Positions 14,300 to 26,587 of a stretch of DNA of 64,000 nucleotides are shown one piece after another (position 1 is the stretch's first letter; every line of letters starts with the position of its first letter). The position numbers were made by a program, and so were the translations under genes. The stretch is from NCBI GenBank assembly GCA_977030845.1, contig OZ365114.1:18724001-18788000 (forward strand), in the 5' to 3' direction. The stretch comes from Fimbriosthenelais zetlandica. Lineage: Eukaryota. Below the pieces are notes generated by a model. It had not been told where the DNA came from. It worked only from the letters and a program-made list of their open reading frames with translations, and searched no databases.

Positions 14300-16500
14300 G
14301 ACCCTCTGATTTCCCTATTCATTATTCATGACCAACCTTTAAATGATTGATACTTTGAAAGGGGACGATACATTACCAGGAGCACATGGTCCTGTTTGAT
14401 CTTCCTCTTTGAAAGTGAAATGGTTCCAAAAACACAAGTCGTTACCCTTTACATGCCTCCCCTGATGCACACTGTCTGTTTGGTGGTCAGGTAAGAAGAA
14501 AATATTTAGAATTTCCCCTCCCAAAGATTATTGACAATGTCATTTTGCATCAGTACATCAATGTCATCTTAAATTGAATTCGGTGTATAGCATTTTAAAG
14601 TTAATTAAATTTTGATGAAAAAACTAGTCAATATAGTCCTGCAAAATATGGGCATTGCTACTGCCAACTTCAGGTAATCCTGCTCACTTAAAAAAGCTCA
14701 CGTGTTCAGAACTGTTGAACTGCATATCAGAACGACTGATGCAAACAGTCCATGCCTTGGCTCAAATTGCCTTTCCTCAATCTATTGATGAACAATAAAT
14801 TTGGATCCAGTTCAGGAAAGCCATTGAATTGCATCTTGGAAGCGACTTGGTGACAATGGGTTAAAATGGATTAAATTTTCGACAGAGGCTAAGGTCATTT
14901 TATACAGAAATGAAATGGGTCGACCACAGTATTCCATCTGTCCCGGACCACGTGCACTTGGTGATAAATAAGAGCAGCTCGCACAGCCTTTCGATTCTCC
15001 TTCACAATAAGTCATTGCCTCAACTCACATGAGCATTTAACTAATGCCTCTGCCCATGACCCTGGTACCGTTCAATGCTGGACTGATGGCCCACATGAAT
15101 CAGTCTCTAGCCTTGACGTGAGGTCAGCCCGCCCTGGCGCCTCTATACACAGGACCCTAGTGTCCTCCTATAGGCAAAACATTAGACCGGGCAATCACTT
15201 CACCCACAGAAAGCAATTTAGGCCCAGTTGCACTAGGCACTAAGTTTATTTTCCGATCGCCCGACCACTGGTTAACCTAATCATCATATGAAAAGGAAAC
15301 TTAATGACATATATCTCCTCCGTTTGTCTCATCCTGTGTAAGCTAATGATGTTAGCTGATAGTAGGTCAATATTATGATGAGTTGATAATCAAGTTGATG
15401 GTTTGTCCGTCCTATGTAGCCTGAGCTTAATCAAGAGGTAAAACCCACCAATGTAGTCTATTGTCCTCCTACAACAGAGGGGATCAGTCTTTATGTCTAT
15501 GTCAATTGGACCCATACAACGGCCACCTCCTTTGTGTTTGGTCAGGGACATCCTTATTAGATCATTGTAACCTTACCCTTGGTGGTCTGGACTTTAATTC
15601 TAGATTTAACCTTTGGGCAACTTTAATTTCGAAATGGGAAACAATATATGACAATAAAAATAGTCTGTACACGTACTGGAGTATACTGGTTCAAATGGTT
15701 AGAGAGCCATCTGACGCAGCTTAGTTCTACACCAATATCAGTCTTGTTTCTGAGCTGGCTTGCACCATTGACACTTTTCGCAAATGACCACGCTTGGCCA
15801 CCATGTTCACTGGTGCCTCGACCTCTCCTACATCAGATTCCCCATGGGGATGTCAGGAATAAAAAAGGCATTCAGTTTAATGGGGTTTTATTTCTCATGT
15901 CCTTCTTAGCCATGTTAGTGGTGTATTCTATGTGTACAGGACAGTTGTTTGCTGGTGTTGCGTCACTGCAAGACCTGCCTGTAATGGTTTTAGACATTCC
16001 CTTGGGGAAAGACACAAAAACAGGCAAGATGTCTTTGGTGCCCTTCCATTTGGTTTGTCACTCTTAAAAAGGGCAGTTGAGTTTCCAATCAATTGCTCTT
16101 TCAGACCAATGGTTTTTCTGCCACTCGATGCCGCTGCTGATACCTTTCTTATTGCCAAACTGCTTCTGAAGTCCCGTTGCTTTGCATATGCTTCAAATTA
16201 TCTTCCAAATGCAGGATTTCTCCTTGACAACAACAGAATTGTCTATATCAGTTCTGAGTAGTAAGACATACAAGAAAGCATTTGCAACAGGTTTCTGTTC
16301 AACAGAATTACCTGTTCTATTCAGTTGTATGTACATGTAGAAATTAGCCCTCTGCCTGACACTGTCTGTCTGCCTGAGCACAAGAACCCACGAGCAATCT
16401 GCAAAAAGGACATGTCAACATTTATATATTTATGCTGTATCCAAAGCCTGACAGGAGGATGTGTGTTATCTAGATCCTACACGAAGTTCCCGCATTCATC
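14300..16500 (-). mobile_element. Decayed L1/Tx1-like ORF2 remnant
   Basis: Weak matches: QTINLIINS (RPISLLN-like, about 15390), LTSGRAIGK (about 15260), NWIQIY (about 14800). Confidence 0.35.
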
Positions 16501-18999
16501 TTTATATAGTCTATATTAACCTTCTGTCTCCTCGCCGACCCTCTCATGCATCTACCAATCAATTCATACTGTAGTGCGGTCCTTGAGAGCTGCCTACCTA
16601 GAACCATGCTTCAATGGTAGAAAACAAAAGCCAGGGACAGACTAAGGTGTTTTCTGATCTGTTAAGAAGAAGTTGACTCAAGCTGAAAATTATACCACAT
16701 GAATTTCATTCTTTGACGCGGTATGCTCAGGTCATTCACTGCCAAGAAAAGTGTTTCCAGCCACCAAGTTTGATTCTAGGATGCCTTTTTCCTTCAGCAC
16801 TTTTTGGGGGACTGACTGAGCTCAGTGTATTGCGGCATTAAGAAGGCAGAGCAGAGAATAATCCACAGAGATTCGGATCACACGATTCACATCATATCTG
16901 ATAAATACTTGGTGGAAGTGACAAGTGGAGTGGGACAGTTTCTTTTTCATCTGCGAACAAAAAACGTCCACCTCAACAAAAGAAACACGTGTTAAGATTT
17001 TAAATGGAGCTAGGTTTTATTGGTGTTGGAAGAGAACATTATTGTGTAAACAATAGTATTGAGTGGGAGTACTTAATTATATCATGGCAATATATACAAT
17101 ATATGACAATATATTAAGTGCCTTCGCATGCAATAGACCAAAATACTCTTTGTGAAGCATTTACCATAGAGCGAAGTTTGATTCGCAGGTATACCATATA
17201 CGCCACATACAGATTAGATATCCTAAATTCATATCAGGTATGATGACCGTTATTACATAGATACTGCTATGCAATAGATGTCGTCACTGCATGCTGGCTA
17301 TAATGCAATAAAACCTGCAGGTGGACACACTGTGTAATCTGATAGAGGAGGCCTTTCCTTTGGGTTTCAGGAATGCCAAATAACCATCAATGCATCAGTT
17401 AGTGAGTTTGTATTTAGTTACAGATGCCCTTCTCTATATTCATACTCAACTTTTAATGGTGGAAGGGGAAGTCTCTCATTTTCCTGATGAAATTACATCC
17501 ATTATGTCAAGTTACTTTGCCATTTCATTTATAAGTTCAGCATGACTAAATATTACTAATATCATTATTTTTTTTTAGATTTAAAAACGATATTCCTACT
17601 TGGATGACACCATCCCTTTTCCATACATTTAGTATTAAAATGAAATGTTCACTAAATATTATACCATGAAAATGGTTGCATTTGCTTCTCTCAGCAACAT
17701 ATAAAACTTGAATACCTTGATGGGTAAAGCCCCCCTCTCTTATCCGCCACCCTTACCTCGAGGTTTAACCAAGCCTGAGCCTGACCGGAAACAGTGGCGC
17801 CTGGCGTCAGTAAGTATTCACCTTGCTGTGAGGGGTCATCCCCTCCATGACCTTGTTGACCTGGAAGCAAATCATTTGCAATTGGTTTTGTGGCTGTGGC
17901 TCGATGGGGGAGGGCGTGAGGGCAGTAGTGGTGGGCCTCTCGCTGTACGAGCTTTGTGCATGATTCAATGCACCCTGGGCTGAAGGGGCAAAACATGAAT
18001 GATGTACACTTGCAATGCATCACAGTAGATGAAGGTTGATATATGTGTACTATGGATATGAGCGAGAGGAATACAAACATTCTGCAGAGTGATGCACTGC
18101 TGACATAGCCTTAAGATTCGGTCATTCACCTGTGATAATTATGTTATTTTAACATGTTGCAACTTTAATGACTTGCCGCTAGTCAAATTTTACATGTATT
18201 GCTTATTCAACAGCTTCCAGCCCAAAAGTGTTGTGAGAAAATATTTGGAAAAACAGAGCTATGTGAAAGTGTCATTTAATCGTAGTATACTGCAAGACCA
18301 AGAAATTAACAATAAAATGGAAAACCTCTGAAAAAGGGGTCTGAAATATTTGCGTATGGATAAAAACGAGCAGTTATTGTTCATAATGATTAAGTATTTG
18401 AGTACGTTTCATTTTGAGCGTTTATTACTTGGCAGTGGCCCCCTGGAATCGGATGGAATTTTACTACCAGGAAAATAAGGGAATAATTATTCAAAAGCTC
18501 GAATGGCACTTCATAGTTCCATCCCTCAGTCCAATTTAAAATAGTTTGCACATCTGGCAAGCAAATAGACATTTTAGTGAGATGTTTGAATGTTCGTTAT
18601 GTTGAAATGGGATGCTTGTGCCAAAGTTTTATGAGAATTCATTGCTGGTGAGTTGAGTATTTGAAACTTGAAATAGGGCATGTTGATGAAGTTCCGAGAG
18701 CACACTTTATTTTTTGTTTTCAATCAGAACAGTAGAGAGATGGAGAAATTATGTCAATTATCTTCTCCTCTTTGCAGGTAGAAAAAAGTTTAGGTTTGCC
18801 CTGCTTGTATTCTTAATTTGCTCCTAAACTCCCCAAACTCGCGATTGATAATTCCTTCATCACATCCAGCAAATACTTAAGGTGCTGATAGAGTCTTTAA
18901 CCTAAAATGTTGGTGCATGTTATTGACGATAATGATAATTATTGACGTACATTTTTGTTAGTTTAATCATCAGAATCAATATTTTAAACTCACGAAATA

Positions 19000-19900
19000 C
19001 TCTGCCTGTCCAATATGTAGCTGTATGTGACTCAGTTTGGCAAATTATTTATTCCTGCCTCAAGTTCTTGAGATCAAATAGAATGACTTGTCAAGGCTAA
19101 AATCTCGGTGCATAGTAACTTGAATTGAGGACTGAAGAATCTTTATTGTCAGGTTTTCCTTCTGTTCGTTATATTCAGGCTGTTGACTTTTGCAGGCAGG
19201 CAAGAAGTCAGAAAGTCTCTTTCCCAATTAATCTACCAGAGAAGCCAACCACACGTTTCAAGCAGTTGCATCCTTCAGTTCGCTCCTCGCGAAATCCACA
19301 TTGTGGATTTCTGTGGCAGTGCTGGATTAGATCCAATTTGAGAGCATTCCCTTTGTGAGATTCATTTTCTCTCGAATGCATCATGCGATTGGTCTGAATT
19401 AGATTGCTGCTTTAAAGATGGACTTCCTTCCCCTATCGCCTCAAATATTCAGCCCGCACTCACACCCTAATGCCAGTGGGTCCCAATCCCTGTTGTTAGT
19501 ATGTTTTGTAAGGGAGATGCCTTTTCAAGCAAATTTACACACTTCCTGTCTTAATTTCCCACAAGCCAGGGAAATTAAAGACTCTGGTCACGCCAAGAAA
19601 CTTTGTCGAGGACCATTGATTTTTCATCTTTGTACGACCAGAGTTGGCACACATTGCACAGTTTATCTCACTCTGGTTGTGGCTCTGGAATTCAATGGCA
19701 ATCTCCCGAAGGGAGTACATCTCGCATTTTGTCTCTCTCTGGTAAATTGATTCATCAACCCCGGTAAAACTAACCGATTATCACCAACAATGGTCAGCTA
19801 GGTTATTGGCACACCATCAGCTCTGAATTAACAAGTGATACTTCGGTGTTTTGTTTGAATCAGTCAAGGGTTACACGCTGAACTGAAACCAATTTATTTC
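19000..19900 (-). mobile_element. Stop-riddled reading frame of about 260 codons, possibly the C-terminal part of an L1/Tx1 ORF2
   Basis: Single frame with scattered stops; CKFA*KG...DPLALGCECGLNI resembles F.W.G......P...GG.G..N. Confidence 0.3.
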
Positions 19901-20199
19901 TCATTTCTCATCGCTTGTAATATCTAAAGCAACAATTTTGCTTTTAAGAATCTGAGAAGAGTCGATGAAAGAATCTGAGGCTTGCCAGCTTGGCATTCAA
20001 CGTCTTGCTGCCAATAAGATTTGTGAGTGTAAATTCTGCCTCAGACAGGATCAAACCTGCAGTAACCCTTGACCTTTGGAATTGGCGTATCTGGCAGAAA
20101 GTGAATGGTCGAGGCCAACACTTGTTTTTGCCATTTGAAAAAGTCAAGATTTTCTAGTACTGGAAACTCAAGCTGCTTGCAATTCATTTCTTGGTATAC

Positions 20200-22000
20200 A
20201 AATGCCTCTTCAGTATACAGTGGATATATTTTTCACCTCACGTAACCTCAATTTCCCCTTTTCCGCTCCAATATCCGAACCCATTATTAGAAAACTATTT
20301 GCTAAATTCTGCCATCTTGTTTGCACAGAAAAATGTTAAAACAATCTAGTTATTGGAACTGCGTGAATTTTGGCTGTTGACCATTATATAATACATGACA
20401 TTTGTGTAACTTCATCCAGATTTTAGGCTTACTCCAACATGGCATGCATTTCGGCTATGAAGCTTAGAGCGTCAGCCACATGCATGGGACTCCTTACTCC
20501 ATATGCCTGAAGAAAGGGAAGTTCTTTTATTGACTACCTTGCAGGGAGGCAAATATTGTCTAGAATTCTCCATATTGGCACAACTGATTGTAGGACCGTA
20601 ATTCCCTTAAAGAGCAGCACTCCTCCATCATTGCCTATGGGCCCTCATGAGAATTCTCTCGGCTTGTAAATGGATAGCATTGGAGCTTCCTCTATACAGA
20701 TGCTGCAATAAGGATGAAATCATTGCTGCAATACAATAGCTGACCCTCCCTGAAGAGCAACCAATCTGCTCTAGCACAGGTCCAATTTTGGCTTTCAATT
20801 TCACCAAGCACGAGAGATACAGCAACTTATTAGATGACAATATTTTTTTCGAAAACACATGTACATGCACTAAAACTTCAGGCATATTTTTTCTTCTTCT
20901 GTACATTCGTGATATGTAATCTTGTCTGGAATGTCACCCCGAAACATTTCCCCAAGCTCCTTGATTCCATGGATGTGTTTCGATTGGCCATGAGGCAGAT
21001 GGTTTCCGGGTGGAACAAAAGCCGCAACTCCTAATGGACCCTTGCCTGTCTATACTACCAAGATATCATTTTGCTTAGTTTCAAAAATATCTCGATGAGG
21101 CCAGCCAGTGTTAGTAGGCAAGGTTTCCCCTCCACTGAAAGTTTGTTGGTTTGGCAGCCAAACAGCATTTGTCTGAAGCTTCAGCATGTTTATAGGACTC
21201 GCATGCCATCTATATATGCCATGACTTATTGATAAGCATTTTCCTGCCATAGGGATTGTCTGTGATCCATTCTGCCATGTCTCGTTGGCCTGTATTTAAT
21301 GCATCAGGCATGAATACACTTTGTATTGTATGAGGAATCAATATATCAATGATGGCTGGAAACCAATAATTTTAGAGAGTGACATTACCTTAATAAATAA
21401 AAAATCAACCTCAAACCTTAAATTGAATGTCTGTAAACCCTACAGCATTCTGTTTCACATTCTCCAGGTGACAAAAGAAACCTTTCAGAACACATTTAGT
21501 GCCACTTCGAAGTGGGCGTGTCGCTATTATATATGCTATTCCAAAGGTGACAAAGGCATTGTCTACTTACTAGTCCGGTTTCAATCAGTATTTGCTTGAT
21601 AGGAATGTTCTCTCTATATGGCAAACTTATACCACGGTCCTTGAAACAATAGTTTTGCATTGATCTGCAGCCACTTTGCGCCAACTTTCACTGACACAAG
21701 TAGGCATTGATTTGCGACAAAGACAGCAATTAGCAACTAGTACTGAACATCCGAAAAAAAACATCTACCTCCTACCTTTTACATCGCTGGCAGTCTATAT
21801 CTTCATATCGAAAGTGTTTTTCTCATGCTACTCGAACCAATTGTGCTGCATCAAATTACACTCTTTCTACAATACTAGCTCCTTCTATTCACCACATTCA
21901 ATGGCTCTGCACTTGCTCGCAATCTTCCACTTGCTATTATAGGCGTGGCAAAGAAGCTCAAGTGCTCCCAGTGAAAAAGCTAACAGGACCCAAGTCTTGT
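20200..22000 (-). mobile_element. Decayed RTE-like LINE
   Basis: INAYL (APE-like), NSIYNSDTPTSKWH, SCGFCSTR (about 21020), RVSYCIAAMISSLLQHLY (GVRQGC.LSP.LF-like, about 20720). Confidence 0.4.
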
Positions 22001-22349
22001 TAGCTCCGGCTTTCAATAGATACTGTGAAAGACTTGCTTCATGCCAGTAACTTATGTGTTTCATATGACAGCAACTGATGTTTCCATTTTATTAGTTTCT
22101 GATGGAAGATATTCACATTTACGAATAACGTTCATTTACTGTTTCATAATCAACACAGATTGATGACTTTGGGGTCATAGCCATATCAATGAACATATCC
22201 ATTATTGAAATACCCCTCCCCCATTTCCATCCCTTGATTTCATGCTATACATCCATACGTCTGTTCACTATGGACAGTTTCGGTTTGCAGGAGAGGAACA
22301 GCAGTCAGTCGGCCACACTAAACGCTAATGGGGAATACCGTGAGTGACA

Positions 22350-24330
22350 CTCGTAAAGTACCCAAGGTACCCTCTTGTGCAAACTTAGGCAACAAATCTT
22401 AGGTGTGGATTTCCATAATTGCTCTCTTTGTTTCTATACTCTCTCTTCTCCTGGAAGGCCCACTTTAATTATAATATAACCTATATCTTAACACCTACAC
22501 AAATGTGACAATGCTATCATTTCATAATGAAAGGGGTGGCAATCATTCATGGACAGGTTGACAGTACAGGTATATGGTTATACAGCCTTTAACACCAGGG
22601 GCAGTCGTGTAATCCGATTTACACTTGCATGACACATTTACATCAGGATGATCCAAAGTGGAAGAGAGGGACCAAGCTGTTACACTTCTTGCCTTATTTC
22701 TCTCGATTTTCTGGACGGAAGGAAAGCAACCCCAGTCACATCTGTTTCTCTGGTTATCAAATCATCATGGGTCGTGCCTAGCCTTGAGGGTGGGAGGCCT
22801 CTGTTTACACTGGGGTATTCTATGACTGGGTATCTGACACCACCGAAGCTGAAGAAGGTCCAAGGCTGCATACCCCTCCCCTTAAGACCTCTAGTCTTGA
22901 GGTGAATGGGAAAAGGTGGAAAATTGAAACTGCTGTCGATGGGATGGAGGGGGAGTGATTGGAATCCCATTCACATGGGAGTTTCTTTCCACACTTGTAT
23001 ACCTAAAAACCTAAACTCCATTGCACTATCCTTCCAGGTTAAACATTCGATTGAAATAATTAGGTCTCCTTGAAAGGAGGATACTTATGCAAATTTCCTT
23101 TCAAAAAATGAAAATGATTCAGTTTATTGTATGGAATCGTATCGATTTACAGCCAGTCCTGATTAAATACAGCATCTATATACTCCTCCCAGGGACCTGC
23201 AAGTCCATGGTACTGTCCTGATGATGCTTCACCCAAACCAGCATGGGGAGCATTATGTAGGGAACAAGATGATAGGACATGGGCATTAAATCTTCTACCC
23301 TTCCACACCGTCACCCCTTATGCCCTTTTCACTCAATACTTTATATATAGCGCACTATTTTCTGTATGTTATAACCAAGGAAGGCCATGAAACTCTTCCA
23401 CCTTTATCCTAGCTTGTAGTACACTATTCCCCATTGCATTTGATATTGGCGATGATCGCCAGTAAGACCATAAGACCTCTCACAGGCTCGTCGAATTCAG
23501 CCACTCAGGAGGGTCTGCTCATACCCATTGAAATCTCACCTCGCAAAACCCTCGAATGAGCCAACATGCCTGGAGTTGGTCTTATCTAAAGCATTGATCT
23601 GTGAGCACTGCCAGAATCCGAGCTAAGGGCGCAAACTTTGTCCAGACCATTGCATTTTGGGTCCTGTTTATGCAGGGTTTATGGACCATAACCCAGTATT
23701 GTTTATGAGCAATACGTTATCATTAACCCCATAGCAGGACTGAATTTGTTATCACACATTCTTCTACTATGTCCTCCATAGGTATCCTAGGTCTACTGAA
23801 GAAACTCCCAAACACAAGCATTAGTGTGCCAGGGCTGGATTACTTATTCATTATAAACGAGGAGTGTAGAGTTTACTTTCCCATTACCCCATCCAACCCC
23901 CATTCATCACTTCACGAAGACGTTCATATACATCCAGAGAATGTCCTCTCCTTGTCCACATCCATGGATCTCATTCTCTCCTATAGAACTAACTGCTAGG
24001 AATTACCCTGGATTAATGTGCCTGTAGTAGCTCAGTGTAGTGGCATCAAACTACCATCCACTGATGGCTATGTTCTTGGTTAGCAAGCAAGAAACACATT
24101 AAGTATTCAATTATGGTAGTTTGGATCTTTGTAGTATTTTAAAGGGATTTTTATACGGTGAATGATGCTATAGACCGAGGAAGACAATGCTATTATGCTG
24201 GTCATCCCACTAATGTGTCCTTTCAACTCACCGGGTGGCTGCCTTTGACAGTGTTGGCATGAATGGAGGTGATCAAGTCACGGTGCACTGTGCAAAGTGA
24301 TTGGATCGCCTCTATTAAGACACCCCATTA
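22350..24330 (-). mobile_element. Decayed I/Nimb-like LINE (RT, RNase H, C-terminal zinc knuckle)
   Basis: SIVFLGL (about 24180), GTLIQGNS (about 24010), LRWCQIPSHRIPQCK (about 22805-22855, RNase H WIPSH.GI.GN-like), ITRL, HCHICVG (about 22500). Confidence 0.55.
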
Positions 24331-26069
24331 TAGAGGATCCTTCTGGTCAAAACGGGGATTAGTTTATACTGTTTTTCTTAGTAACTCAGTAGCAACAAAG
24401 ACTCTAGAGACAAACAAAGATCTCAATAGATTTTTTATCATAATATACACTTGTACAATTCTTCTCAATTTCCCTGTTTAAAAATCCCACATGCAGTTTT
24501 AAAATTTCAAAAACATTTCCGTTATATCTATATTGCTTGCGAAACTGTCCACCATGATAAACATCTATGTTTGCCTTCGCTATGATGCATCATGTCATCT
24601 CTATGGCAACGAAACATTATCTATAAAATCTAATCAATTGTGTAGCCTGCAGGAAGGGGCATCTGCTGTATCAGACTTGTCAGTAGGCCTAGATTCTTTT
24701 GTCTACAGAATAAGAGCAATTAACTAACATCATACATGCAAGACATGGGTATTAAATGGACATCAGCTGCTTCATTTAGCAAGTTTGGCCTTAAAATAAT
24801 ATTCTTCCATAGAAGAAACCTTCAGAAAAGAATGGCTCATTGTTGTATCGGTACCCAAGTTGTCTATCTCATTGACTTTCAATAATTAAAATGCATTGCT
24901 CGACATTAAATTTTTTATCAAGACCTGACTGACTTCAGGCATTGTAAGTCGTGAGTATACACAGTCTCCATAGAGATCATATATCGGCTTTCAGCGTGAG
25001 GAAAAATGATCATGAAAGAAATCGGGGCTTGAAATTTGTTAATAAACATTGAGGCTCGATACATTTAGTAATGTGCACTTTTCAAAAGCCAGGATCACCG
25101 TGAAGAAGGGGATAAAAGATTATATTGCTGTTAAACAGCAGTGAAAAGAATTACTTCATTACAGATTCATTTGTGATACATAAGTTTGTACACTAAAATA
25201 CTGATTGATGGAATTGAAAGGGGTAATATGAGGCAACTCTCCAAAATGGAACTTAAGAAAGAAGGAAATTGGATTATCTGTATTTGTCGATGGCCTTTTG
25301 TAATAAATATTTCGTTGATGATTTACACACCGTCACCCTTCAGATACTGGTCTGAGGACTTTGTTCATGATGACTATATGACTCTTTTTAACAAAGATTA
25401 CATGAACAGAAATAAGGGCAAATTGTAATGACGTAAAATTCAATAAAATTAAATAGCTGGTTGCTGCTGTAGTGGTGCTTAAATAATGCTAAAGATATAT
25501 AATTCAATAACGAGACAGACAGTACGCTACTAAAATACTTTCTCAGTGTCTACAACATCAGAAACATGCAAATAGATAGATAACAATTAATAATGTACAC
25601 TAACCGTGGTAATTGCTGCTTTACCGTCAACATTTTCATATTTACAAGGACAGCTGTGAATATACATGTACATAATCTTAAAATATTTGACATAAGCAAA
25701 TACAAGGACAGTTTCAGCATATATTATATTGGGTAATAATGCCTGCTTTCATAAACTATGTTTGCAGGGCCTTTTGTATTCACAATTGTGCGTTTGCCAC
25801 AGGTTTATTTTCTGTTTATGTGTTCATCTTTAAATCCTTGGGCAGTGGAATTTGGTATCCCAGAGAAAAACTTTTTTCTTTGAAACGGGCTGCTTTTAAT
25901 ATATGTGCAAATCCTTTGTAAGCACTCATCGGTAGGGATGAATTTGGTTTTATTACAAAATTAATACAATTATGACATAGTCCAAAGGTATAATAATTAT
26001 ACACATGTCCTTTGTACTATCACAATATTCTAAGTTTGCCAGAGGCTTTAAATTTATATATCGTCTGTT

Positions 26070-26075
26070 TTTATT
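26070..26075 (-). other. Candidate polyadenylation signal AATAAA for the A2M-like gene
   Basis: First AATAAA on the minus strand, about 420 nt after the stop; another lies at 25949-25954; AT-rich context, so weak evidence. Confidence 0.3.
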
Positions 26076-26498
26076 ACAGACCACATATATCCTATATTAC
26101 CTGATACATTCCTCAGTCGATTAAATTTGATTGATCAGCGAGGAAAAGAGCTACTATTTACAAAGTCATGATCAATTACTATTGCGCACGGCCTACATCT
26201 GAACAATTTTAACTAGTGTTTCAATACTTGATAAGAAACACTGAAGCGAAAGCCTAGATTTACACCACTGTTTTGTAAACGATCGCTATCGACAAGTTAA
26301 CATTAAATAATAATATTATCCGTTATGATATTTACTAAGTCCTATACAGCACAATACAAAGTTGTCTTAAATTATATTAAATATCAGGCAGTGATGTCAT
26401 CCGAAGGAATCTCTTCCGGATGTAATATCATGATAAATGTTTTATATACTTTAGACATGGATTCAACTTTGTTCTTGTGGGGCTCTGGCCAGCTAAGG

Positions 26499-26587
26499 TC
26501 ACTGAATCGTAGCGTCCACAAGACAGAAATCTTTCTCTTCTTCTGTGCAGATTTCTTCGATTTGATAAGTCTGGACACGACCGACAT
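26499..26587 (-). CDS. A2M: A2M terminal exon 36 (DVGRVQTYQIEEICTEEEKDFCLVDATIQ-stop)
   Basis: ttttttcag acceptor, phase 1 entry, Y...C pattern as at the A2M C-terminus, TGA at 26499-26501. Confidence 0.82.

Noticed and set aside
19291-19311. Perfect inverted repeat gaaatccaca-t-tgtggatttc
   Set aside because: 10-bp arms are not unexpected in 64 kb of AT-rich DNA, and it lies inside a decayed element.
26395-26501. TGA stop plus a nearby 3' hairpin suggesting selenocysteine or readthrough
   Set aside because: A TAG follows one codon after the TGA, and the hairpin is too short for a SECIS element.
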